This document shows positions 48,869 through 60,276 of a stretch of 64,000 nt of DNA, one piece after another (positions within the stretch are counted from its first letter, which is position 1; every line of letters starts with the position of its first letter). Made by a program: the position numbers and the translations under genes. The DNA is from Desulfatiglandales bacterium (GTDB lineage: Bacteria; Desulfobacterota; DSM-4660; Desulfatiglandales; Desulfatiglandaceae): NCBI GenBank assembly GCA_963666345.1, contig OY762721.1, positions 1,312,001 to 1,376,000 on the forward strand. The letters run 5' to 3'. The notes under the pieces are model-generated. The model saw only the letters and a program-made list of their open reading frames with translations. It was not told where the DNA came from and did no database searches.

Positions 48869-50380
48869 TTAAACCCTTACTTTTTCGATTTCTTTGATAT
48901 CTTCTTTCATATCTTGGGCGATTTCCTCATAACCCGGCTTTCCGATCATGGCGAACATCGCCTTCTTGTACGCCTCAACCCCCGGCTGTACGAACGGATT
49001 GTGCCCCATCAGATACCCGCTTATTGCAACGGATCTTTCCATCATGTAATAGAGCTGGCCCAGGTTGAAGGCGTTTCTTCGCGGGATCTCAATCGTAATG
49101 TTTGGAACGCCCCCCTTGTAATGGGCGTAGGCAGGCCCTTTGATCACCTTTCGGTTCAAAAAATTCATGTCGATCCCCTTTTCAGGCAGAAAATTGAGCC
49201 CGTCAAGGTCATCTGCTGTTGCCGGAATATCGATCCCGTTTTCATGTTCCTTAAGATAAAGAAAGGTCTCAAATATATTCCTTTCCCCGTCCTGTACCAT
49301 CTGACCGTTTGCGTGAAGTTTCTCTGAGTAAAGTGCGGGCGCGACCCACATGCCGTGACCCTCGTGGCCCTCACTTTCCGGAAAAAGCTGCTCCATCCAG
49401 CGCGCGACCGGGTACAGGTGAACCGAGTTTGTGGCAACCACCTCTATCTTTTTTCCCTTTGTCCATGCCGCGTGACGGGCCGCCGCGTGCACAAGGCAGG
49501 GGTTTTTCCAGAAATCGTCATTAAGCGCGATCTCCCTCATACGGGCAAAGCCTGCAATAAACTCCTCTATGTCGATATTTGCCATGGCAAGCCCCACAAG
49601 GCCCACATCGCTTAATACGGAAAAGCGTCCCCCTATATCGTCAGGCACCACGAACGTGCGGTATCCCTTCTTACCGGCCAGGCTCCTTAAGGCGCCCTTT
49701 TCTTTGTCGGTCGTGACAAGGATCAGATCTTGAGCCTTGTCAGGCCAGCTTTCCTCCAACAACTTTTCAATGATCCTGAAGGCGACCGCGGTCTCTGTTG
49801 TTGTGCCTGATTTTGAGATCACGTTTACTGCCACCCTTTTTTCCTCGAGCATGTCGAGCGTGTCCCTGAAACAGTCGGGATCGAGGTTGTTTCCGAGAAA
49901 ATAGATCTCAGGCGCGCCACCCCGCTCATCCCTAGAAAGCCGGTTGAAAAAGGTGTGCGTCAAGGCCCTGAAGGTTGCTTCGATACCCAGGTATGAGCCT
50001 CCTATCCCCAAAGAGACGAATGCGTCCGTCTCCCGGCCAAGCTCCTTTGTGACTGAGATAATCTCTTTTATGTGCTCCACCGGGATTGTGACAGGCAGAT
50101 CAAGCCAGCCTGTCATCGGGATACCGTTGTCAAAGATATCGCCCTGGTTGTCTTTGAGCATCCGGTCGGCCTTCATGATTTCAGGGATCAGCGCCTCAAG
50201 ATCGCCTTTTTTGATCGCACCTTTGCCCGGGGAGTCGAACAGGTAGGTGGCGTCAAGCACAATCCGGTTCGCGTTCAGAAAGGATTTTGATCCGTAAGGG
50301 TTGTTTTCACCTTCACCCCTTTTGATCCGGCGCCTTACGGTCCTGTTTTGCTCCATGCCGGTCAGTTCCAGTCCCTTCAT
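48869..50380 (-). CDS. pgi: Glucose-6-phosphate isomerase
   Basis: GIGGSYLG, SKSGTT.ET, IGGRFSV, QL..ESEG, QPGVEAYK; start likely ATG 50380 (AGGAG RBS). Confidence 0.9.
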   Translation of the reverse strand: MKGLELTGMEQNRTVRRRIKRGEGENNPYGSKSFLNANRIVLDATYLFDSPGKGAIKKGDLEALIPEIMKADRMLKDNQGDIFDNGIPMTGWLDLPVTIPVEHIKEIISVTKELGRETDAFVSLGIGGSYLGIEATFRALTHTFFNRLSRDERGGAPEIYFLGNNLDPDCFRDTLDMLEEKRVAVNVISKSGTTTETAVAFRIIEKLLEESWPDKAQDLILVTTDKEKGALRSLAGKKGYRTFVVPDDIGGRFSVLSDVGLVGLAMANIDIEEFIAGFARMREIALNDDFWKNPCLVHAAARHAAWTKGKKIEVVATNSVHLYPVARWMEQLFPESEGHEGHGMWVAPALYSEKLHANGQMVQDGERNIFETFLYLKEHENGIDIPATADDLDGLNFLPEKGIDMNFLNRKVIKGPAYAHYKGGVPNITIEIPRRNAFNLGQLYYMMERSVAISGYLMGHNPFVQPGVEAYKKAMFAMIGKPGYEEIAQDMKEDIKEIEKVRV

Positions 50381-50476
50381 TTCTCTCTCCTTTTTTGCCG
50401 TCAAAATCTTGTGGACATATAGCCGGCCCTGTGGGAAAAAGTAGACAAATCCGATCAATAAGATCTGCCGAGGTAT

Positions 50477-51145
50477 GTGTTGGGCCAGCTTAAGACCTTT
50501 TACAGAGAATATGAAACAGATACCACAGATGTGGCGGTAAGGGAAAGACCTTTCAAGATCCTTGTGCCCAAGACGATCGACAGGTTCATCAATCCGGACA
50601 ACTTTATGAAGGGCTTCCCTCTCTGGGCAAAGGTGTGGCAGGCCTCGATGATACTGGCCGATTACATGGCGGGCCTTGAGCCTGACCCGGACAAAACATT
50701 CCTTGAGATAGGAGCAGGCCTCGGGCTTGTGGGAATTGTCGCGGCCTCTTTCGGTCACAGGGTAACCATGACCGAGTACAACAAAGACGCGCTCAAGTTC
50801 GCAAAGGCCAACAAGGAGCTTAACATGACCGATAACAAGGCGAACCTTGAGATAAGAAAGCTTGACTGGACAAGGCCCAAGCTCAAGGGCTCATTTGACT
50901 ATATTATCGGATCGGAGGTGGCATACAAGGAAGGCAACGCTTCTCATCTGTTAGATCTGTTCAGGAAATACCTTAAGCCGGAAGGTGAGATCATACTCGC
51001 CGAAGGGGTAAGAAAGACAAGCGTTGATTTTTTCAGACAGATGTCGGAGCACTTTGACATGAAGGCACAGAAGAAGGTCCTGCGCTCAAAGGATGAGGAA
51101 ACTAGAGCGATATTCTGCACGATGTCCTGGAAAGCCTCTCGGTAA
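50477..51145 (+). CDS. Methyltransferase-16-like SAM methyltransferase
   Basis: P.WAKVW.AS, LEIGAGLG, LDW, IIGSE. Confidence 0.85.
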   Translation: MLGQLKTFYREYETDTTDVAVRERPFKILVPKTIDRFINPDNFMKGFPLWAKVWQASMILADYMAGLEPDPDKTFLEIGAGLGLVGIVAASFGHRVTMTEYNKDALKFAKANKELNMTDNKANLEIRKLDWTRPKLKGSFDYIIGSEVAYKEGNASHLLDLFRKYLKPEGEIILAEGVRKTSVDFFRQMSEHFDMKAQKKVLRSKDEETRAIFCTMSWKASR

Positions 51146-52463
51146 ATATCTCCTTTATCTCCTCGAGTCTCTTTTTATCGGTTGCCTCAAAGCGAAGCAC
51201 AAGCACGGGCTGGGTGTTTGAGGCCCTGATCAGTCCCCAGCCCCCGTCAAAGATGACCCTTGCCCCGTCCACATCGATCACGGGATAGTCCTTTTTGAAG
51301 TCGCGCGCGATCTCTTTGACTACATCGAATTTTTCGTCATCAGGGCACTCGACCCTTATTTCAGGGGTATTTACCATTTGAGGGATACCGCTCAGCAGCT
51401 TACTTACCTTCACACCGCTGCCCGAGATTATCTCAAGGAGCCTTGCACCCGCGTAAAAGGCGTCGTCATATCCGAGGTAGCGTTCTTTGAAAAAGAGGTG
51501 CCCGCTCATCTCGCCTGCCAGAAGGGCCCCTTCTTCCTTCATCTTGCTCTTTATAAGGGAGTGGCCGGCCTTCCACATTATGGCCTTTCCCCCATGTCTT
51601 TCTATATCGTCGTATAGCACCTGGGAGCACTTTACCTCCCCGATTATCTTTGCGCCCGGATGCCTTTTAAGGAGATCTCTTGCAAATATTATCATAAGCT
51701 GATCCCCCCAGATAATGTTTCCTTCCCCGTCCACCACGCCCAGCCTGTCCGCGTCCCCGTCAAAGGCAAGGCCTAAAAGCGCGGATTCGCTCTTCACCCT
51801 TTTTATCATCTCAGCCAGATTTTGAGGCACGGTCGGGTCGGGGTGATGATTCGGGAACCTCCCGTCAGGCTCGCAGAACATAGGGATCACCTCAAAGCCG
51901 AGCCTCTTGTAAAGTTCGCAGGCCACAGGACCGCCCGCGCCGTTTCCCGCATCAACCACTATTCTTCCCGTAAAAGGGCCTGTGGAGATGTTTTCTTCGA
52001 CATAATCGAGATACGCGGCATCTATTTGAAACTCCTCGATACTACCCTCGCCTCTTATGAAATCACCCTTCTCTATGATTTCTCTTACCGCCTGGATCTC
52101 ATCTCCGTGGATGGAGTGCTCCCCCACGCAGATTTTGAATCCGTTGAACTCGGGCGGATTATGGCTGCCCGTTATCTGAACTCCCCCGTCAAGCTTGAGA
52201 CGGCATATGGAAAAATAGAGAAGCGGGGTGGGAACCATGCCCAGATCGACTATCTCAAGTCCCGTCTCAAGCAGGCCCTGAGTCAGATAATCACGAAGCG
52301 CAGGTGAGCTCAGCCTGCAGTCCCTTCCTACGGACACTTTCCTTACATTGTTATTTCCGTAATATGTGCCGATCCCGAGGCCGAGCCTGTAAACGGTTTC
52401 CTCGCTCAACTTATCCGGCACCGTACCCCTGATATCATATTCCCTGAAAATACCCGCATCCAT
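51102..52463 (-). CDS. Phosphomannomutase/phosphoglucomutase
   Basis: FREYDIRG, TGSHNP, FDGDADR, GEMSGH, RASNTQP. Confidence 0.95.
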   Translation of the reverse strand: MDAGIFREYDIRGTVPDKLSEETVYRLGLGIGTYYGNNNVRKVSVGRDCRLSSPALRDYLTQGLLETGLEIVDLGMVPTPLLYFSICRLKLDGGVQITGSHNPPEFNGFKICVGEHSIHGDEIQAVREIIEKGDFIRGEGSIEEFQIDAAYLDYVEENISTGPFTGRIVVDAGNGAGGPVACELYKRLGFEVIPMFCEPDGRFPNHHPDPTVPQNLAEMIKRVKSESALLGLAFDGDADRLGVVDGEGNIIWGDQLMIIFARDLLKRHPGAKIIGEVKCSQVLYDDIERHGGKAIMWKAGHSLIKSKMKEEGALLAGEMSGHLFFKERYLGYDDAFYAGARLLEIISGSGVKVSKLLSGIPQMVNTPEIRVECPDDEKFDVVKEIARDFKKDYPVIDVDGARVIFDGGWGLIRASNTQPVLVLRFEATDKKRLEEIKEIFTERLSRTSCRISL

Positions 52464-52493
52464 ATCAAGTTCCCTTTTGGCCGCCTTCAGGCA

Positions 52494-53684
52494 TCAGCTC
52501 CTGTAGTCCGCGTTGATGGTGATATAGTCGTGAGTCAGATCGCATGTGTATATCCGGTCCTGAAATTCGCCCTTTTTAAGATCTATCCTGAGTACGAAAT
52601 CGTTTTTTTTCATCCTCCCGGATGCCTCTTTTTCCGCATCACCACCTTCTGCAAGCCCACCCTTGACGATACGGACCTCATCTATAAAGATATCCACATC
52701 TCTTTCATCAAAGACTATGTCGGACCTTCCAAGTGCCGCCATTATCCTTCCCCAGTTCGGGTCTCTTCCGCACACGGCCGTCTTTACAAGGCATGAATTG
52801 GCCACCACCCTTGCCGCCCTTTCGGCCTCGGATGCGCTGGCCGCGTTTGTCACATTCACCTGAAAGGTGCAGGAGGCCCCTTCCCCGTCTCTTACTATCA
52901 TGCGGGCCAGGTCCTCCATCACCCTTTCAAGCCCCTTTGAAAAGGCCGCGTAATCGGCCTCAGACAGGGTTTCGTTTCCCGCCTCCCCGTTTGCCAGCAC
53001 TATGACCATATCGTTTGTGCTGGTGTCGCCGTCAACGGTTATCCGGTTGAATGTGGTTTGAACCGAGGACTTGAGCGCCCTGTCCAACCGGTCATGATCT
53101 ATTGCCAGATCGGTCAGAATAAAGCTGAGCATGGTGGCCATGTTGGGCATTATCATGCCCGCGCCCTTTGCCATGCCCCGGATAAGGTAGGTTTTTCCTT
53201 CCGCCTCACCCAGATACATGCTCTCCTTTGGAAAGGAATCGGTCGTCATAAGGGCCTTTGCAACTTCCGGAAACCCATCAGGTGAAAGCGAAGACGCAAG
53301 ACCTGGTATGGCCTTTTTTAAAAGCTCCATCCTCAGCGGCTCTCCTATGACGCCTGTTGAGGCGACAAGCACCTCGTCTTCGGATATCTTGAGGCTCTCG
53401 GCCGCAAGCCTTGCGCACTCGCGCGCGTCCGCCATGCCCCGCTCCCCTGTGCAGGCGTTGGCGTTTCCCGCGTTGGCAAGTATTGCACGAACCTTTCCGT
53501 CCCGGATGTTTTCCTGCGACACCAGGACAGGCGCCGCCTTTACCCTGTTTGTGGTAAAGGCGGCAGCTGCCACAGCCTCATGTTCTGAAAAGATCATCGC
53601 CAGATCGGTTTTCCCGTCCTTTTTGAGTCCCGAGGCGACTGCCCCCGCCTTAAAGCCCCGGACCTTCATATTGTCTAAGCCCAT
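52494..53684 (-). CDS. argJ: Bifunctional ornithine acetyltransferase
   Basis: [47 protein letters not shown]. Confidence 0.97.
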   Translation of the reverse strand: MGLDNMKVRGFKAGAVASGLKKDGKTDLAMIFSEHEAVAAAAFTTNRVKAAPVLVSQENIRDGKVRAILANAGNANACTGERGMADARECARLAAESLKISEDEVLVASTGVIGEPLRMELLKKAIPGLASSLSPDGFPEVAKALMTTDSFPKESMYLGEAEGKTYLIRGMAKGAGMIMPNMATMLSFILTDLAIDHDRLDRALKSSVQTTFNRITVDGDTSTNDMVIVLANGEAGNETLSEADYAAFSKGLERVMEDLARMIVRDGEGASCTFQVNVTNAASASEAERAARVVANSCLVKTAVCGRDPNWGRIMAALGRSDIVFDERDVDIFIDEVRIVKGGLAEGGDAEKEASGRMKKNDFVLRIDLKKGEFQDRIYTCDLTHDYITINADYRS

Positions 53685-53723
53685 CTAAATGTCCCTTTTT
53701 GGTATTATTATTTTCAACCATCT

Positions 53724-56585
53724 CTAGGCATTTCTGCCGCAACATTTCTTATACTTTTTGCCGCTGCCGCAGGGGCAGGGGTCGTTTCTGCCTATCTTCT
53801 TGCCTTCCCGCTTCACGGTAACCGGCCTTGCACCCTCGTCGCCATGGCTCATCCTGAGCTGTCTTTTTTTCTTTTCCTTTTCCTCGTCAGGAGGTCTTTT
53901 CATCATCTGCACCCTGAAGACCGTGCCGAGTGTCTCCTCCCTTATCCTGTCCATCAGTTCCCCGAACAGCGAAAAACCCTCTTTCTGATATTCCTTCAGG
54001 GGATCAAGCTGGCCGTAGCCCCTCAGGCCGATGCCGCCTTTCATATGCTCCATGTCCTGAAGGTGATTGACCCACTGGCTGTCGATGATCTGCAATATAA
54101 TGAAGCGCTCTATCTGAGCCAGATCTTCCCTGCCGAACATCTTCTCCTTTTCCTTGTAGGCCGCATGGGTCTGATCCTTGATCATTTCACCCAGCTCTTC
54201 CGGCTTTAACTGCGAAAAGGCATCATCTCCCAGGTCTTCCGGCCCTATCCTGGCAATGAAGCCGAAGAGCCTGAGCAGGTTGTCTTTCAGGCCTTGGATA
54301 TCCCAGTCCTCCGGATACGCATTCGGGTCTATCCATTTTTCGATCAGGGTCTCGACCTTTTCCTCGATCATCTCCTTGAGGATATCGCCTATCCCCTCTC
54401 CGTCCAGGATATCCCTTCTGAGGGTGTAGATAATCTCCCTGTGTTTGTTCATCACGTCGTCATATTCAAGGAGATGCTTTCTTATATCAAAATTGTGGCC
54501 CTCCACCTTTCTCTGCGCGTTTTCAATGGCCCTTGATATGAGATTGTGCTCGATCGGCTCACCCTCTTCCATCCCGAGCCGCTCCATGATGCTCGATATG
54601 CGGTCCGAGCCGAAGATTCGAAGCAGGTCGTCTTCAAGAGAGAGATAAAAGCGGGATGACCCGGGGTCTCCCTGTCTTCCGGCCCGGCCCCTCAGCTGGT
54701 TGTCCACGCGCCTGCTCTCATGCCTTTCGGTTCCCAGTATGTGAAGCCCTCCAAGGTCCACTACCCCGTCACCCAGGACTATGTCGGTTCCACGGCCCGC
54801 CATGTTGGTTGAAATGGTTACCGTGCTTTTCTGTCCAGCATTGGCAATTATCTCCGCCTCTCTTTCATGATGCTTGGCATTTAACACGGAATGGGGCACG
54901 CCCGCCCTCTTGAGCATCTTACTCAGCATCTCCGATTTTTCCACGGAGATGGTTCCGACCAGGACCGGCTGACCCTTTTCATACAGCCCCCTGATTTCAT
55001 CCACCGCGGCCTGAAATTTCTCTCTTTCCGTCTTGTAGATCATGTCGGGGTTGTCGATCCGGACCATATTCTTGTTGGTCGGCACTACCACCACGTCCAG
55101 TTTGTAGATGTCCTTGAATTCCCCAGCCTCGGTGTCCGCGGTGCCGGTCATGCCGGCAAGTTTCTCATACATCCTGAAAAAATTCTGAAAGGTAACGGTC
55201 GCAAGGGTCTGGTTTTCACCCGCCACACTGACCCCTTCCTTGGCCTCAACCGCCTGGTGAAGCCCGTCGCTCCACCTTCGGCCGACCATCATCCGGCCGG
55301 TGAATTCATCCACAATGACGATCTGCCCGTCCTTTATGACATAATGGACATCCTTTTCAAAAAGCCAGTATGCCTTTATGAGCTGCTGGGTGGAGTGAAG
55401 GAGTTCGGAGGAATTCATGTAGCCGTCCTCCAGTTCCTTCATTTTCGCGGCCTTTTCCTCATCAGACAGCGACTCGTCTTCTCTTATGTTGTGGGCCTGT
55501 TCATCCATGTCGGGAAGCGTGAAGTTGCCCAGGCCCCCGCCGGTCAGAAGCTCTATCCCCTTTTCCGTAAGCTCGACCGCGTTGCTTCTCTCATCAATGG
55601 TGCAGAAGAGGATTTCATCCAGCTCCGGCAGCATCTTCTGCGAGCTGAGCATGCTCTCAAGCCTGTCGATCTGCTTTTTCAGGGCCTGATTCTTTGAAAG
55701 TATATCCAGGAATACCGGGTTCTTGGGGTCGCCTCTTTTTACCTGAAGAAGCCTTTCTATTACCTCGTCACCCGGCTCCTCGCTGTCCAGTCCGGCGCGC
55801 ACCTCCTTGAGCAGAGAGCCAACCACACCGCTCTGCTTATTGCGCAGATTGATAACCAGCGGCTTGACCTGTTCATAGATCTTGTTCTCACTGTGCTCCA
55901 CCGGACCGCTTATTATGAGAGGGGTCCGGGCCTCATCGATCAGGATGCTGTCCACCTCATCGACTATGGCGAAGTGAAAATCTCTCTGCACATAGTCTTT
56001 CAGGTCGAATTTCATATTATCCCTGAGATAGTCGAAACCGAACTCATTGTTCGTGCCGTAGGTGATATCGCAGTCATAGGCCGCTTTTCGCTGCGGGTCA
56101 TCCAACCCGTGCACTATCACGCCGACCGACAGGCCCAGCATATTGTAGATGCCCGACATCCACTCGGCATCACGTTTTGCCAGATAATCGTTTACCGTAA
56201 CGAGATGGGCGCCTTTACCGGTAAGGGCATTGAGGTACAAGGGAAGCGTCGCGGCCAGGGTCTTTCCCTCACCGGTCTTCATTTCAGCAATCTTTCCATT
56301 GTGAAGCACCAACCCGCCTATGAGCTGGACATCAAAATGCCTCATGCCGAGAGATCTTACCGATGCCTCCCTGACCAGGGCAAAGGCCTCCGGCAGGATG
56401 TCATCCACGGTCTCCCCTTGAGACAGCCGCCCCTTGAATTCGTCGGTCCTGGCCCTTAACTGCTCATCAGACAGGGCCTTGAATTGAGGCTCAAGCTCGT
56501 TTATTCGATCAACGACGGGGGCCATCAGCTTGAGCTCCCTTTCGTTCTTGCTCCCGAAAATACCCTTTAATATTTTCCCAATCAT
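53724..56585 (-). CDS. secA: Preprotein translocase ATPase
   Basis: [49 protein letters not shown] zinc tail. Confidence 0.98.
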   Translation of the reverse strand: MIGKILKGIFGSKNERELKLMAPVVDRINELEPQFKALSDEQLRARTDEFKGRLSQGETVDDILPEAFALVREASVRSLGMRHFDVQLIGGLVLHNGKIAEMKTGEGKTLAATLPLYLNALTGKGAHLVTVNDYLAKRDAEWMSGIYNMLGLSVGVIVHGLDDPQRKAAYDCDITYGTNNEFGFDYLRDNMKFDLKDYVQRDFHFAIVDEVDSILIDEARTPLIISGPVEHSENKIYEQVKPLVINLRNKQSGVVGSLLKEVRAGLDSEEPGDEVIERLLQVKRGDPKNPVFLDILSKNQALKKQIDRLESMLSSQKMLPELDEILFCTIDERSNAVELTEKGIELLTGGGLGNFTLPDMDEQAHNIREDESLSDEEKAAKMKELEDGYMNSSELLHSTQQLIKAYWLFEKDVHYVIKDGQIVIVDEFTGRMMVGRRWSDGLHQAVEAKEGVSVAGENQTLATVTFQNFFRMYEKLAGMTGTADTEAGEFKDIYKLDVVVVPTNKNMVRIDNPDMIYKTEREKFQAAVDEIRGLYEKGQPVLVGTISVEKSEMLSKMLKRAGVPHSVLNAKHHEREAEIIANAGQKSTVTISTNMAGRGTDIVLGDGVVDLGGLHILGTERHESRRVDNQLRGRAGRQGDPGSSRFYLSLEDDLLRIFGSDRISSIMERLGMEEGEPIEHNLISRAIENAQRKVEGHNFDIRKHLLEYDDVMNKHREIIYTLRRDILDGEGIGDILKEMIEEKVETLIEKWIDPNAYPEDWDIQGLKDNLLRLFGFIARIGPEDLGDDAFSQLKPEELGEMIKDQTHAAYKEKEKMFGREDLAQIERFIILQIIDSQWVNHLQDMEHMKGGIGLRGYGQLDPLKEYQKEGFSLFGELMDRIREETLGTVFRVQMMKRPPDEEKEKKKRQLRMSHGDEGARPVTVKREGKKIGRNDPCPCGSGKKYKKCCGRNA

Positions 56586-56783
56586 TGTGTCCTTCCGATC
56601 ATTTTTTTATATTCATGCACTGCCGGGGTGAGACATATATCCGTAAGATACCTTAAATGCTAATTTACGGCAAAAATCAAGGTCATATATGCATTACGGC
56701 CCTGTTATTTCCGTGCCTTTACGGAAAACCCCGTCGGCTGGGTCCTACTGGCAGGCTTTATTATATTTGGCAATTGATTAGAA

Positions 56784-57752
56784 CTAATTGAGGATATACC
56801 TGAGTGGATCAACCTGCACGTTGTTGAGATGGACCTCGTAATGCAGGTGCGGCCCGGTGGATCGGCCGGTACTACCGACCAGGGCTACGGTTTCACCCCG
56901 CTTTACATGCTGGCCCTTTTTGACCAGGGCCTTTTTGAGGTGCGCATACTTGGTTTTAAGTCCATAGCCATGGGAGATTACGACTACCCTTCCATAACCC
57001 CTGTCACTGCCCACAAAACTGATTATCCCGTCTGCGGGAGATATTATGGGGGCGCCTCTGCGCGTGGAGATGTCAATGCCTTTGTGAAATTCCTTTCGGC
57101 CGGTAAATGGGCTTTTCCTGGGTCCGAACCTGGAACTGAGCCATCCCTTTGTAGGCCATATGGAAGGAGTTGACGCGAGCAGTATCTTCTGGCTCTCCAG
57201 AAATTCAAACAGGTCTTCCTTTGTCTGTTTTCCATGCACGACATTGATTTCAATCTCATCCAGTGCGCCGTGCATCTTGTCAACCACCTCTTGATGGCTT
57301 TCTTTTATCGCGCTCTTGGGATCCATTATAAGCGGATCCGAACCACCGATCCCCTGAAACTGTCCTTCCATGTCCTCTTTTTCAAGGTTTACCATAGTCC
57401 TGAGTCTATGGTCGAAATCATTAAGATCGCCAACCTGCCGGGCAAGGCTGTTTATCCTCTCGGTAAGGTGCGCAATCTGATCCTGCTTGTGCCTGTTTTC
57501 ATCTTCAAGTATCGCCAGCCTGGGGATCCGGCATTTTATATCCCTGTAATCACGGAGAGTACAGAAGAAATAGGAAAAGGAGGCAATCAGGGCCAGGATC
57601 AAGAGCAGCGGCAGGACCCGTGGAAGCCTTATCTGCCTGATCTTTTTCGTGCCTTCAGGAATCAGTATTATTGTGATCTTTTTTGGCGCCAAAGCGACCC
57701 CTTGCTGAGGGTATTGACAACGATTAATAATCCTGGAAAAATTTCTTACCAC
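56784..57752 (-). CDS. M23 metallopeptidase
   Basis: HKGID, YAHL, GSTGRSTGPHLHYEV; N-terminal TM and coiled coil. Confidence 0.92.
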   Translation of the reverse strand: MVRNFSRIINRCQYPQQGVALAPKKITIILIPEGTKKIRQIRLPRVLPLLLILALIASFSYFFCTLRDYRDIKCRIPRLAILEDENRHKQDQIAHLTERINSLARQVGDLNDFDHRLRTMVNLEKEDMEGQFQGIGGSDPLIMDPKSAIKESHQEVVDKMHGALDEIEINVVHGKQTKEDLFEFLESQKILLASTPSIWPTKGWLSSRFGPRKSPFTGRKEFHKGIDISTRRGAPIISPADGIISFVGSDRGYGRVVVISHGYGLKTKYAHLKKALVKKGQHVKRGETVALVGSTGRSTGPHLHYEVHLNNVQVDPLRYILN

Positions 57753-57758
57753 AATGAA

Positions 57759-59609
57759 TCACCGGGTGTCAACCCGCTCGATTTTACCCTGACCTGACAG
57801 ATATCCAAGAATTCCTTCAGCCATGCCGCGGCTGATGCCGGGGACCTTGATCAGTTCATCCAGTCCCGCATGGCTGATTGCGTTTATATCCTTGAAATAA
57901 TTAAGCAATAGTCGCTTTCTCTTCCTGCCTATGCCGGGGATACGGTCAAGATCAGACTCGGTCAACTGCTTCCGCATCAGCCTTCTGTGGTAGGAAATCG
58001 CCCTTCTGTGAGCCTCATCCCGTATCCTCATCATGAGGAGAAGCACCGGATGATCAGAGGCAAGCCTTACAGGGTTTTTCCTGCCGGGAAGGAAAATCCT
58101 GTCTGTTGATCCCTCTTTTTCCTTATCAGCCTTTGCAATCGATATCACCTGCGGCGCACGGTCCGCCACGGTATCGAGAACCCTCTTTACAGTGGCAAGG
58201 TGCCCTTTCCCGCCGTCAATCAGGAAAAGGTCGGGAAGAGGGCTCCTTGAAAGCCTTCTTTCCACAAGCTCCTTCATCATGGCATAGTCATTGATGCCCT
58301 CAACGCCCCTTATCCTGTAATTCCTGTATCCCGCCTTATGGGGAAGGCCCTCCACAAAAGAGACCACCGTGCCCACGGCCATGCCGCCGTAGAGGTTCGA
58401 TATATCAAAGCCCTCTATTGTCCTTGGCCTTGATTTCAGCCTCAGTACCGATCCGACAGACTCCGTCAGATCGATCATCTTCTCATCCTCGTGGCCTGCA
58501 AGGACCTCTTCCGCGTTTACAAGGGCCATCTTCACCATGTTGAGTTTTTCGCCCCTAAGGGGCACTGTTATCTCCACCCTTTTTGAGGCCACCCCGCTCA
58601 AATATCCCTTTATGGAATCAAGGTCTTCGATTTTGTCCGACAGAAGTATCTGTCCGGGGATAAATGAATCGACCCTGTAAAACTGCTTGACAAATGCCTC
58701 CAGGACTTCGCCCTTCCCGGCGTCTTCATCCCTGAAAAGAAAGTTCCTGCTCCCCAGGAGCTGGCCCTTGCGCACAAACAATACGACAACCTGGTTTAAT
58801 TGACCTTTTCGCTTGATTCCTATGACATCAAGATCCTCAAGGCGCTTTGAAACGACATGCTGACGCTCCACCACCCTGTCTATCGACCTTATCTGATCCC
58901 TCAGCTGGGCCGCCTTTTCGAAATCCATACGCCTTGAGGCATCTTCCATGTCTTTTTTCAATCCGGCTATGAGTTCCCTGTTCCTGCCTTCAAGAAACAA
59001 CCTCACCCGTGTCACTATACCCCTGTACTGCGGGAAAGGGACATGGTTGGCGCATGGTCCCAGGCAGCGTCCCATCTGGTAATTGAGGCAGGGTCTGGAC
59101 ATCTTCGGGAGCCTGCCCCCTTTGCATTTTCTCAGCTGAAACACCCTGTCCACCAGCTTAACCGTGTTTCTCACGGCATAGGCCGATGAAAACGGTCCGA
59201 AGTAGAGTGATCCGTCCTTTTTGATCTTTCTCACTATGCTCAGTCTGGGATATGGTTCATTTATGCTGAGCCGCAGGCAGGGGTATCTCTTATCGTCCCT
59301 TAAGACGACATTGTAGCGGGGCATATGCCTCTTTATCAGGTTGCTCTCAAGGATGAAGGCCTCCTGCTCGGTGGATGTCACGATAAAATCAAGAGAAGCG
59401 GCCCTTTCAAGCATAATGGAGGTCTTATCCGGAATCTCCGACGCGGATCTGAAATAGGAAAGGACCCTCTTTTTTAGATTTTTGGCCTTTCCCACATATA
59501 TGGGGCGAGCCCCGGGATCCTTGAAAAGATACACCCCGGGAAGATCGGGAAGCTGCCTTCGCAGATGGCCCGGTTCGATCCTCAACCGTCCCTGTACCTC
59601 CGTTTCCAT
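57759..59609 (-). CDS. uvrC: Excinuclease ABC subunit C
   Basis: PGVY, YVGKAKNL, FDISN, DGGKG, RDEAHR, HhH. Confidence 0.97.
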   Translation of the reverse strand: METEVQGRLRIEPGHLRRQLPDLPGVYLFKDPGARPIYVGKAKNLKKRVLSYFRSASEIPDKTSIMLERAASLDFIVTSTEQEAFILESNLIKRHMPRYNVVLRDDKRYPCLRLSINEPYPRLSIVRKIKKDGSLYFGPFSSAYAVRNTVKLVDRVFQLRKCKGGRLPKMSRPCLNYQMGRCLGPCANHVPFPQYRGIVTRVRLFLEGRNRELIAGLKKDMEDASRRMDFEKAAQLRDQIRSIDRVVERQHVVSKRLEDLDVIGIKRKGQLNQVVVLFVRKGQLLGSRNFLFRDEDAGKGEVLEAFVKQFYRVDSFIPGQILLSDKIEDLDSIKGYLSGVASKRVEITVPLRGEKLNMVKMALVNAEEVLAGHEDEKMIDLTESVGSVLRLKSRPRTIEGFDISNLYGGMAVGTVVSFVEGLPHKAGYRNYRIRGVEGINDYAMMKELVERRLSRSPLPDLFLIDGGKGHLATVKRVLDTVADRAPQVISIAKADKEKEGSTDRIFLPGRKNPVRLASDHPVLLLMMRIRDEAHRRAISYHRRLMRKQLTESDLDRIPGIGRKRKRLLLNYFKDINAISHAGLDELIKVPGISRGMAEGILGYLSGQGKIERVDTR

Positions 59610-59613
59610 GTCA

Positions 59614-60207
59614 TCACACCTGCGGCAGAGTCTTGGTCATTATCACCAGGTCGTGGGGATTCCCATCACTGTCAAGGACATAGTCCTCCAGGTTCGCCTC
59701 TTCAGTAAAACCCAGTTTTTGAACCGCCTTTATTATCGAGTCGTCCCTGTCGGAAACGAGCCTCATAACGAGCCTTCCGAGCCCCAGGGACATACCGAGA
59801 TTGACCAGATCCAGGAGCAGCCATGTGGCGAGTCTTTTCCCCCTGAATAAAGGATCAACCGCTATCCTTATCTTTCCTATGTGGCTCCTGGCGCCGTAGC
59901 GTTTCATCATCATGGCGGCATTTGCTATTATTCTTCCTTCCAGAATTGCCACAAGAGATATTATCCTCTTTGGATCCAGATGCCTCAACCATCTGCCTAT
60001 GAGCGCGGGATCGGAAAGGTCGTGATTGAGGAACCACAGATCCTCTTCTGAAAATCTTTTGAACATGGCCGCAAGCGCATCCCTGTCGCCATCATCAAGC
60101 GGCCTTATGGTCACGCCTGTGCCGTCGTTGAGGATGAATTCCTTGGGATACGCGCCGATCGCTTCAAACGTGCTCTCCGATTTTTTCATCTTTCTTTTAT
60201 CCTTCAT
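59614..60207 (-). CDS. GNAT-family N-acetyltransferase
   Basis: L.DG..V.IRP, V.P.FRGK.LA, KLGF..E. Confidence 0.85.
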   Translation of the reverse strand: MKDKRKMKKSESTFEAIGAYPKEFILNDGTGVTIRPLDDGDRDALAAMFKRFSEEDLWFLNHDLSDPALIGRWLRHLDPKRIISLVAILEGRIIANAAMMMKRYGARSHIGKIRIAVDPLFRGKRLATWLLLDLVNLGMSLGLGRLVMRLVSDRDDSIIKAVQKLGFTEEANLEDYVLDSDGNPHDLVIMTKTLPQV

Positions 60208-60276
60208 TTTGTGCCATAAAAAGGGAGGCTTGCATCCGGTAAGGGTAAATGATAGTCATTACACCAGTCAAGGCCA

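Noticed and set aside
50381..50758. 629-aa extended Pgi N-terminus
   Set aside because: Overlaps the divergent methyltransferase; a good RBS and ATG exist at 50380.
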